Source: Tolypothrix carrinoi HA7290-LM1
Lineage (GTDB): Bacteria > Cyanobacteriota > Cyanobacteriia > Cyanobacteriales > Nostocaceae
Assembly: GCA_019358935.1 (NCBI GenBank)
Contig: JAHHIK010000172.1
Span: 1 to 11,452 of the forward strand
Reading direction: 5' to 3'
DNA length: 11,452 nucleotides
Shown here piece after piece: positions 1 to 6,375 of this stretch. Within the stretch, counting starts at the first letter, position 1. Every line of letters begins with the position of its first letter. Position numbers and translations under genes: made by a program. The notes under the pieces were generated by a model. That model saw only the letters and a list, made by a program, of their open reading frames with translations. It was not told where the DNA came from and ran no database searches.

Positions 1-51
1 TTGCTGCTCACCAGTTATTTCAACCCGGATACTTGAGATACGTCCTTGCAT
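1..51 (-). CDS. Partial ORF running off the window edge: putative N-terminus of an IS630-type (HTH) transposase
   Basis: Manual translation of 51->1 gives MQGRISSIRVEITGEQQ, which resembles from memory the 'MxGRxSxxxIxLTxEE/Q' starts of IS630 HTH ORFs. Only 17 codons are visible. Confidence 0.5.
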   Translation of the reverse strand, partial: MQGRISSIRVEITGEQQ

Positions 52-121
52 GTCTGATTTTTATGCCACCCTACAAAAAATATCCTCCTCTATTTCCGAC
101 CCTTTTTTGCGGTGACATGTA
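1..121 (-). mobile_element. Probable left end of an IS630-family insertion sequence inserted into the 3' end of vapC
   Basis: PIN-like sequence stops after ...LVTCDAK (codon 124-122) at a TA dinucleotide (120-121), the IS630 target type. The new sequence (minus strand TACATGTCACCGCAAAAAAGGG...) leads to an ATG at 51 that opens a transposase-like N-terminus. The other end of the element is outside the window. Confidence 0.6.
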
Positions 122-481
122 CTTAGCATCACAAGTTACCAAAGCAATTTCGTACCGTCTTGCAATCGCAACTAGAATCCTATCTGCTGGATCTTTGTGA
201 AAATTACCTGGTAATTGCGTACTGGCAATAGCATCTAGGGAAGACAAAGGTTCAATCACAATGCCAGAATGTACCTGTGCTAACTCATACCATTTATCAA
301 TTGGTAATGGTAAGTTTAATTTTCCAATGCTAGATTTAACTGCTATTTCCCATACTGAAATCGCTGATACCAGCAAGCCATTTTTTGGTTCTTCTATATT
401 AATTACGGCTTGTGCTTGACTGGATAATTGACTAGGATCGTGGAGTAGCCATAGCCAAACATGGGTATCTAACAAAATCAT
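71..481 (-). CDS. vapC: Type II toxin, VapC-family PIN-domain ribonuclease, with an apparently replaced C-terminus
   Basis: Motifs LLDTHVWLW, SAISVWEI, HKDPADRILVA and LVTCD carry the PIN acidic residues. The start overlaps the antitoxin stop (ATGA at 481-478). The last 16 aa (YMSPQKRVGNRGGYFL) lie in the putative IS end. Confidence 0.9.
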   Translation of the reverse strand: MILLDTHVWLWLLHDPSQLSSQAQAVINIEEPKNGLLVSAISVWEIAVKSSIGKLNLPLPIDKWYELAQVHSGIVIEPLSSLDAIASTQLPGNFHKDPADRILVAIARRYEIALVTCDAKYMSPQKRVGNRGGYFL

Positions 482-714
482 TCACCCAACATTTCCCAAA
501 ATTCTGGCATGGGTTCATCAAAATCTTCGGCAATTTTAATCGGCATTCCCCGTAATGGATAATTTGCTGTGTACAAAGGTTTTATATCACAAGGAATAAT
601 ACGAGCAACAGGTATCCCATTGCGGGTAATTACAATTTCGCTTTGAGTCGCTGTCACCTCATCAAATAACGCTGTAAGGCTACTATCTGCTTCTTGAATC
701 TCAAGGTGCTTCAT
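478..714 (-). CDS. Type II antitoxin, Phd/YefM family
   Basis: 78 aa with Phd-type EIVITRNGIPVARIIP and an acidic C-terminus (AEDFDEPMPEFW). It lies directly upstream of and overlaps the PIN gene. Confidence 0.9.
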   Translation of the reverse strand: MKHLEIQEADSSLTALFDEVTATQSEIVITRNGIPVARIIPCDIKPLYTANYPLRGMPIKIAEDFDEPMPEFWEMLGE

Positions 715-764
715 CTTGATATTTCAGCTTGTGCAACTTCCAAGGTAATTGTGACTTTGATCAT
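711..764 (-). other. 17-codon upstream ORF (MIKVTITLEVAQAEISR) whose stop overlaps the antitoxin start
   Basis: ATG at 764-762 and TGA at 713-711, in an ATGA overlap with the antitoxin ATG (714-712). There is no evidence that it is translated. Confidence 0.3.
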
Positions 765-821
765 CAGTCTTACCTTATAGTCTTACTTAACAATCATACT
801 ATCATTCATGCAGAAAAGCGC

Positions 822-1598
822 TCATTCTGTTTGCAATAACCAAAATCCGCTATAAGTCATTCCCGAATCATCAGGTTGAACTAACAAAAAATGCAACCCT
901 TTACTTTGTTGTTTGCGCTGTTCAAAATTTTGAGCAGATGCGGCAACTTCTTGATCTGCAAACGTCGCGACAATGAATCTATCTACCAAACCAGCTTCTA
1001 ATATTAAACCATCCGGCGCACCAGCAATGTAAGAAAGCGATACAGGAGAAGCTTGTTCTAACCACCGCGCCAAGCGCATCGATTGTCTTCCACCATAGAT
1101 TACCACACCTGGGACGGGCAGTGTTGAGGCTAAACCGAGATTAATCGGTTTGAGATATTCTGGCATATTTAAGATGGGAATTGGGCGATCGCTAAATGCT
1201 TCTTCAACATCCGCAGCACTCAAAGTAGCAAAACGCCATTTTTCACCCCAGAGGTTTTCTGGTAATGGTGTTGGGGGTGGTTTATCCAGCGCTAAAGGAT
1301 ATTCTTCCTGCAACCACTGCTTTAGTGCGAAAGTACGTCTAGTTGCTTCAACATTTATTCCCAAATTGCGCCCAGCAGCTTCAATTAAACTTAAAGATTG
1401 AGGACGAAATACTTGAATTACATCTGGTAGATGTTCCCCCGCTGCTAATTTAATTTGCGAAGCAACCCAACTAGAATTTGCTTCTGACTGAAGACAGCTA
1501 GCTTGATACTCAAAACTGCGAGTAGCGTCACAAATCAACAACTGCCAAAATGCATCCGCTTGGGGACGACGATAAAAATCAGCTTGCCAAATACGCAT
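822..1598 (-). CDS. Tab2/Atab2-family RNA-binding protein (DUF1092)
   Basis: N-terminal IWQADFYRRP...WQLLICD, LPENLWGEKWRF, PGVVIYGGRQS and C-terminal GLHFLLVQPDDSGMTYSGFWLL are typical of cyanobacterial Tab2 homologs. An AAGGA SD-like motif precedes the ATG, 21 nt after the regulator stop. Confidence 0.88.
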   Translation of the reverse strand: MRIWQADFYRRPQADAFWQLLICDATRSFEYQASCLQSEANSSWVASQIKLAAGEHLPDVIQVFRPQSLSLIEAAGRNLGINVEATRRTFALKQWLQEEYPLALDKPPPTPLPENLWGEKWRFATLSAADVEEAFSDRPIPILNMPEYLKPINLGLASTLPVPGVVIYGGRQSMRLARWLEQASPVSLSYIAGAPDGLILEAGLVDRFIVATFADQEVAASAQNFEQRKQQSKGLHFLLVQPDDSGMTYSGFWLLQTE

Positions 1599-1619
1599 TT
1601 TATCCTTACTCGTTAAATA

Positions 1620-2297
1620 TTAATTATCCCGCAAAGCATACCCTACACCACGCACAGTATGAATCAAGCGTTTTTCATTTTTTTCTTCGAGTTTGAGACG
1701 CAAATAACGAATGTAAACTTCGATAATATTAGAATCACCCATAAAGTCATAACCCCAAACTTTCTCTAGAATTTGGTCTCTCGTAAACACTTGACGGGGA
1801 TGAGAGAGAAGATATTCTAATAAGTCAAATTCTTTTGCTGTAAGTTCAATTGCTCGTTTATTTCTAAATACTTCACGAGTGCGGCGATTTAAACTTAAGT
1901 CTTCAAACTGCAATAAATCTTCATCTGTTTCTTGAGTGCGGCGTAAATGTGCGCGAATTCTGGCAAGTAATTCTTCAATGCTAAAGGGTTTAAGTACATA
2001 ATCATCGGCGCCTGCATCCAAACCGGCAACGCGATCGCTCACTTCATCTTTTGCTGTCAACAAAATCACTGGTATTGAGTTACCCGTCGCACGCAGACGA
2101 CGACAAATTTCTAATCCTGTTAATCCTGGTAACATCCAATCTAAAATCGCTAAATCTGGCGATGATTCTCGCGCCAATGTCAAACCTGTGACACCATCAT
2201 GTGCCACACTGACAGTGTAACCTTCGCTACTCAATTCTAATTCGACAAATCGCGCTAATTTAACTTCATCTTCCACTAAAAGAATATGGGCTGTCAT
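1620..2297 (-). CDS. OmpR/PhoB-family two-component response regulator
   Basis: Receiver domain (ILLVEDE, LDWMLP phospho-acceptor, LTAK, KPF) plus winged helix (LTAKEFDLL, IEVYIRYLRLKL, TVRGVGY). Confidence 0.96.
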   Translation of the reverse strand: MTAHILLVEDEVKLARFVELELSSEGYTVSVAHDGVTGLTLARESSPDLAILDWMLPGLTGLEICRRLRATGNSIPVILLTAKDEVSDRVAGLDAGADDYVLKPFSIEELLARIRAHLRRTQETDEDLLQFEDLSLNRRTREVFRNKRAIELTAKEFDLLEYLLSHPRQVFTRDQILEKVWGYDFMGDSNIIEVYIRYLRLKLEEKNEKRLIHTVRGVGYALRDN

Positions 2298-2495
2298 ATT
2301 TTTACTCCTAAATAAATAGGCATTATATAAAGTTGTATTTAATTATGTAAAATTATAGAGATATTCTATATACAAACACAAGTGTTATCTAGTAAAATTA
2401 GCATACCAAATTATGCGGAGTCACAACGAGACTACGAATACTTAAAAAAGTATCAATTCTCAACTTACTTTGCGCTCACCATACAATAAGCATCA
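2298..2495. promoter_or_regulatory. AT-rich divergent promoter region between the response regulator and the histidine kinase
   Basis: 198-nt gap between divergent starts. It contains the inverted repeat TATAGA-N5-TCTATA at 2354-2370. Exact promoters cannot be assigned. Confidence 0.55.
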
Positions 2496-3761
2496 ATGAG
2501 CAAGAAGAGTGAAGATAAAATTTCGTTTGACAAACAACAATGGCAGCGCGAGCGGCAGGCAATGGCACTTTTGTCTTCTTTGAACTACAGAACTGGCGAA
2601 CTAAGTAGTTATTTGCACAATATAGCCTGCGGAATTAGCTCGCTAATTAAAGTAGATTGGACAGTAGTAACGCTCTGCCAGAAAGGTTTTGAGAAAGTCC
2701 TAGCAAGTAGTCTGGATATGGGTGAAGGTGAACATGTTTATTCACTACATGGTACTCTCACGGGCACTGTAATAGAAATTGGTCAGTTATTAACAGTCGA
2801 AGATGCTCATAAACATCCAGAATATGGAGAAGTTCCCGAAGGTTATTGTTCATATTTAGGAATACCGTTGCGAACTGCCCAAGGTGAAGTTATTGGTACT
2901 ATCTGCGCTTTTCATCAGCAGCCACGGGAGTTTACAAAAGAGGAAATTCAAATTGCCGAACTGTTTGGCGATCGCGCAGCTACAGCAATAGACCATTATC
3001 ACCTTTACCAGCAACAATGCCAATTTAATCAAGTTCTAGAGGCAAAGGTAGAACAACGTACCCAAGAACTGCGGGTAGCGCAAGCCAAGCTTGTAGAACA
3101 AGAACGGCTGGCAGCAATTGGTGAATTTGCTGCCATAATTGTACATGAAATTCGCAATCCCCTGACTACCACGATTATGGGATTAAAGTATTCTCAAAAA
3201 AACCTTCAAAGTGAAGCAGCTCAAGAGCGATTATCGTTAGCTTTGAGTGAAGCCAGTCGTCTTGAGCGATTGTTAAGTGAAATTTTGCTTTACGCTAAAC
3301 CTCAGGTATTGCAACTTTGTGAATTGGATGTAAATGAATTTGTAAATGAGTTGCTAGTAACTCTTTGCGAAATGCCAGAAGCATTATCACGGCAAATCGA
3401 ATTTATTCCAGCTTCCACAGTAGTGAAATTCCTGGGGGATAAAGATAAAATTAAACAAGTTTTTATCAATATTGTCCGCAATGCTTGCGAGGCTGTCTCA
3501 CCAGGAGATGTCGTCAAATGCGAAGTAGATTGTTCTTCCGTCGGTCAAGTCTGCATTCATGTCTGCAATGGGGGCGAACCAATTCCCCCAGAAGTTATTT
3601 CAAAGCTCACTCAGCCGTTTTTCTCCACAAAATCTAGTGGTACAGGCTTAGGGCTGGCGATTACTAAACGCATTGTTAATGCTCATGGTGGGGAATTATT
3701 TATTCAGTCTGAGGTGGTAGGTGGTACGAGGGTGAGTGTAAAATTGCCTGTTGTTAATTAG
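2496..3761 (+). CDS. Soluble GAF-domain sensor histidine kinase
   Basis: GAF (SYLGIPLRTAQGEVIGTICAF), coiled coil, H-box HEIRNPL, N-box QVFINIVRNACEA, F-box QPFFSTK and G2 GTGLGL. No obvious transmembrane segment. Confidence 0.95.
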   Translation: MSKKSEDKISFDKQQWQRERQAMALLSSLNYRTGELSSYLHNIACGISSLIKVDWTVVTLCQKGFEKVLASSLDMGEGEHVYSLHGTLTGTVIEIGQLLTVEDAHKHPEYGEVPEGYCSYLGIPLRTAQGEVIGTICAFHQQPREFTKEEIQIAELFGDRAATAIDHYHLYQQQCQFNQVLEAKVEQRTQELRVAQAKLVEQERLAAIGEFAAIIVHEIRNPLTTTIMGLKYSQKNLQSEAAQERLSLALSEASRLERLLSEILLYAKPQVLQLCELDVNEFVNELLVTLCEMPEALSRQIEFIPASTVVKFLGDKDKIKQVFINIVRNACEAVSPGDVVKCEVDCSSVGQVCIHVCNGGEPIPPEVISKLTQPFFSTKSSGTGLGLAITKRIVNAHGGELFIQSEVVGGTRVSVKLPVVN

Positions 3762-3788
3762 GGCATTGGGCAATGGGCATGGGGCATT
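3761..3788 (+). repeat. Heptamer short tandem repeat (STRR-type), 4 copies of GGGCA(T/A)(T/G)
   Basis: gggcatt gggcaat gggcatg gggcatt starting at the kinase stop codon. No complementary arm follows. Confidence 0.9.
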
Positions 3789-3833
3789 GGTATAAAAGTC
3801 GCTTTTTTTCAGCATAAAATTTAAAATAATTAT

Positions 3834-5396
3834 ATGATTAACCCCCGTCAACTAGCTTTTATTGCTTTGCGAGAGGTTCACAAGGGGGCTTATGCTGATG
3901 TTGCCCTCGATAGAGTGCTGCAAAAAGTTAAATTGAGCGATGCCTGCGGCGGGCTTCTCTACGAGACGCTCCGCGAACGCCAACGCCAATCTTATGAAGA
4001 GTTAAGCGATCGCCGTTTGCTGACAGACTTAGTTTATGGCTGCACTAGAAGGCAACGCACTCTTGATGCGATCATCGACCAACTCGGCAAAAAGAAATCC
4101 CACCAACAACCTGCATACCTCCGCACTATTTTACATCTAGGCTTATATCAACTGCGCTATCTAGAGCGAATTCCGCCATCAGCTGCTGTTAATACCACTG
4201 TCCAACTAGCTAAAGAAAATGGCTTTTCTGGACTGACAGGTTTTGTTAATGGTCTGTTGCGAGAGTATATCAGAAGAGGAGAGGGGGAGAGCGGAGGACA
4301 AGGGGGACAAGGGGGACAAGGGGCACACGGGGCACAAGGGAGACAAGGGGGAAAAGGGAGACAAGGGAGACAAGGGGACGATTCTTTCTCCCCATCCCCC
4401 ACTCTCCCCATCCCCCCCTCCCCCCCTCTCCCCCTCCCGACTCCCCACTTTCCCTTACAATTGCCAGAAAATCCGGTGGAACGCTTGGGTATTTTGCACA
4501 GCTTTCCTGACTGGATTATTGAAGTGTGGTTGAAACAGTTTGGTTTCGCAGAAACAGAAAAATTATGCGAATGGATGAACCAAACGCCAGTTATTGACTT
4601 GCGGGTAAATCTTCTTCGCACTTCGGTTGATGAAGTTGAAACGGCTTTGCAATTGAAGGGTGTTTTAGTCAAGCGCGTTCCCCACTTACCCCAAGCTTTG
4701 CGATTGATTGGTAGTACTGGTGCTATTCAAAATTTACCTGGTTTTAGCGAGGGTTGGTGGACTGTACAAGATAGTAGCGCTCAGTTGGTAAGTCATTTGC
4801 TTGACCCGCAACCAGGTGAGGTAATAATTGATGCTTGTGCTGCACCGGGAGGAAAAACAACGCACATTGCGGAATTGATGCACGATAAAGGAACAATTTG
4901 GGCAGGCGATCGCACTACCTCACGTCTTCGCAAACTCAAGGAAAATGCTCAACGCCTAAATTTGCACTCTATTCAAATTTATACTGGCGACAGCCGCAAC
5001 CAACCCCAATTTCAAAACATCGGCGATCGCGTGTTACTTGATGCACCATGCTCTGGTTTAGGAACTCTCCACCGTCACGCTGATGCTCGTTGGCGACAAA
5101 CACCAGAGTCTGTTCAAGAACTCTCGGCACTGCAAAAAGAATTAATAGCGCATACATCAACATTTGTCAAGACTAATGGCATATTAGTTTACGCAACATG
5201 TACATTGCATCCAGCAGAAAATGAAGATGTCATTAAATCCTTTTTAGCATCGCATCCAAATTGGCAAATAGAGCCTCCTGAGGTAGATTCACCAGCCGCT
5301 AGGTATTCTACACCACAAGGTTGGATTAAAGTATTGCCTCAGAAACAAGAAATGGATGGCTTTTTCATGGTGCGCTTAAGAAAAACCAATGATTAA
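3834..5396 (+). CDS. rsmB: 16S rRNA (cytosine967-C5)-methyltransferase RsmB/Sun, with two in-frame repeat-derived insertions
   Basis: NusB-like N-terminus (DRRLLTDLVYG, LHLGLYQL, GFVNGLLR), HSFPDW, VQDSSAQ, SAM motif DACAAPGGKT, catalytic DAPCSG and YATCT, and C-terminal MDGFF. Confidence 0.96.
   Translation: MINPRQLAFIALREVHKGAYADVALDRVLQKVKLSDACGGLLYETLRERQRQSYEELSDRRLLTDLVYGCTRRQRTLDAIIDQLGKKKSHQQPAYLRTILHLGLYQLRYLERIPPSAAVNTTVQLAKENGFSGLTGFVNGLLREYIRRGEGESGGQGGQGGQGAHGAQGRQGGKGRQGRQGDDSFSPSPTLPIPPSPPLPLPTPHFPLQLPENPVERLGILHSFPDWIIEVWLKQFGFAETEKLCEWMNQTPVIDLRVNLLRTSVDEVETALQLKGVLVKRVPHLPQALRLIGSTGAIQNLPGFSEGWWTVQDSSAQLVSHLLDPQPGEVIIDACAAPGGKTTHIAELMHDKGTIWAGDRTTSRLRKLKENAQRLNLHSIQIYTGDSRNQPQFQNIGDRVLLDAPCSGLGTLHRHADARWRQTPESVQELSALQKELIAHTSTFVKTNGILVYATCTLHPAENEDVIKSFLASHPNWQIEPPEVDSPAARYSTPQGWIKVLPQKQEMDGFFMVRLRKTND
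3942..3983 (+). mobile_element. Nested pair of 21-nt small dispersed repeat (SDR)-like elements inside a split HIP1 site
   Basis: GCGAT (3937-3941) and CGC (3984-3986) rejoin into GCGATCGC if 42 nt are removed. The 42 nt parse as outer GCCTGCGGCGGGCT|ACGCCAA (14+7=21 nt) interrupted by inner TCTCTACGAGACGCTCCGCGA (3956-3976, 21 nt). Confidence 0.75.
4278..4451 (+). repeat. Bipartite G-rich/C-rich repeat cassette translated within rsmB
   Basis: About 9 degenerate 9-mers (GGACAAGGG-like), a short spacer GATTCTTTCT, then a C-rich arm. It encodes GEGESGGQGGQGGQGAHGAQGRQGGKGRQGRQGDDSFSPSPTLPIPPSPPLPLPTPHF. Boundaries are approximate. Confidence 0.9.
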
Positions 5397-5445
5397 AGGT
5401 GAACGCTGTTTGTGATTTTAATATTATTCAAGGGCTAAGAGACAA

Positions 5446-5478
5446 CAGTTATGAGTTAAAAGTTAAGAGTTAGGAGTT
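5446..5478 (+). repeat. Heptamer tandem repeat (GAGTTAN), about 4.7 copies
   Basis: cagttat gagttaa aagttaa gagttag gagtt, in the gap between rsmB and the TerB-like gene. Confidence 0.85.
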
Positions 5479-5502
5479 GTAGAGACGCGACCGATCGCGT
5501 CT
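5479..5502 (+). repeat. GTAG-initiated REP-like palindrome
   Basis: GTAG (5479-5482) followed by a perfect 8-bp stem, AGACGCGA-ccga-TCGCGTCT. Confidence 0.7.
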
Positions 5503-5572
5503 GTCAAGAGTGAAAAACCTTTGAACAAATGAAAAATCAAAGAGCGAAAATTAAATTACCAAGGACAAAGCA

Positions 5573-5995
5573 ATGGCTGCTAATTCCAGTGTGAAAAACT
5601 TAGTTAAAATCCTGATTGGAGCGGCTTGGATTGATGGTAGAATTCAAGCAGAAGAACGGCAATATCTGCGCGAAATAGCTCAAGCAAAAGGTTTAGCAAG
5701 CGATCCAGATATTAAGCCTTGGTTGTACGAATTGGTTCCCGTGCAGCCAAACGAGTGCTACAAGTGGGTGAAAGATTATTTAGGCGATCGCCCCACCAAC
5801 GAAGATTATGAAAATTTGATTCAAGCTATCAGTGGCTTGATTTACAGCGATAATGAAGTCGCGGTCGAAGAAGCAAGACTGCTAACGAAGTTACAACAAT
5901 TATCTATGGCAAATGATTCGACTCAACCCGGTCATAATGCCATTCTCAAACAAATTCAGAAACTTTATAGACGTTGGGTTGAGGTTCAAAACTAA
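5573..5995 (+). CDS. TerB-family (tellurite resistance-like) protein
   Basis: Two TerB-like metal-binding half motifs, AAWIDGRIQAEERQYL and LIYSDNEVAVEEARLL. 140 aa. Confidence 0.8.
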   Translation: MAANSSVKNLVKILIGAAWIDGRIQAEERQYLREIAQAKGLASDPDIKPWLYELVPVQPNECYKWVKDYLGDRPTNEDYENLIQAISGLIYSDNEVAVEEARLLTKLQQLSMANDSTQPGHNAILKQIQKLYRRWVEVQN

Positions 5996-5997
5996 AA

Positions 5998-6073
5998 GAG
6001 TTAGGAGTTAGGAGTTATGAGTTATGAGTTATGAATTTTTAATTCTTAACTCCTAACTCTTAACTTCTAACTT
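5998..6073. terminator. Inverted heptamer arrays filling the gap between convergent genes; probable bidirectional terminator or 3' stem-loop
   Basis: (GAGTTAG)2(GAGTTAT)3 GAATT-ttt-AATTC, then ttaactc ctaactc ttaactt ctaactt. The arms are imperfect reverse complements lying between stops at 5995 and 6075. Confidence 0.7.
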
Positions 6074-6074
6074 C

Positions 6075-6302
6075 TTAAGACTTCGGTTCACCCACACCCG
6101 GAGTTTCTTCTTTTTTAACTTCAGGTATAATGTCAGGACGCTGTTTGCTTTCCCAACCGGGGGGACGCTTGGAGTTATACCAAGCGATCGAACCAATTGT
6201 GACAGCAGCAATAAAACCAGCCACATATACCAAAGTGGCAGATACGGGAAAATGGGGAGCGTTTGCAGCTGCGTCCGCTGCTGTTTGCATTAATAAATGC
6301 AC
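6075..6302 (-). CDS. psb35: Photosystem II assembly protein Psb35-like small membrane protein
   Basis: One hydrophobic helix followed by IGSIAWYNSKRPPGWE, which I recognise as the Psb35 signature. GTG start with an AGGAG SD upstream. Confidence 0.75.
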   Translation of the reverse strand: MHLLMQTAADAAANAPHFPVSATLVYVAGFIAAVTIGSIAWYNSKRPPGWESKQRPDIIPEVKKEETPGVGEPKS

Positions 6303-6375
6303 GAGTATTTTCTCCTATTGTCGGCAACACTACTTAAGACCGTACAAAAAGAGCGTATCACACGCATCCCCCGTA

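Noticed and set aside
2392..2406. Possible NtcA site GTA...TAC in the divergent promoter
   Set aside because: The spacing is N9, not the canonical GTA-N8-TAC.
3937..4451. rsmB insertions as inteins or introns
   Set aside because: They are too short, lack intein terminal residues (C/S...HN) and lack group I/II intron features.
4157..4672. Alternative-frame ORFs over the rsmB cassette (4157-4672 -, 4206-4448 -, 4243-4533 +), including collagen-like KGDKGD and Cys-Pro repeats
   Set aside because: They are shadows of a stop-free 9-mer repeat and lie wholly inside the well-supported rsmB.
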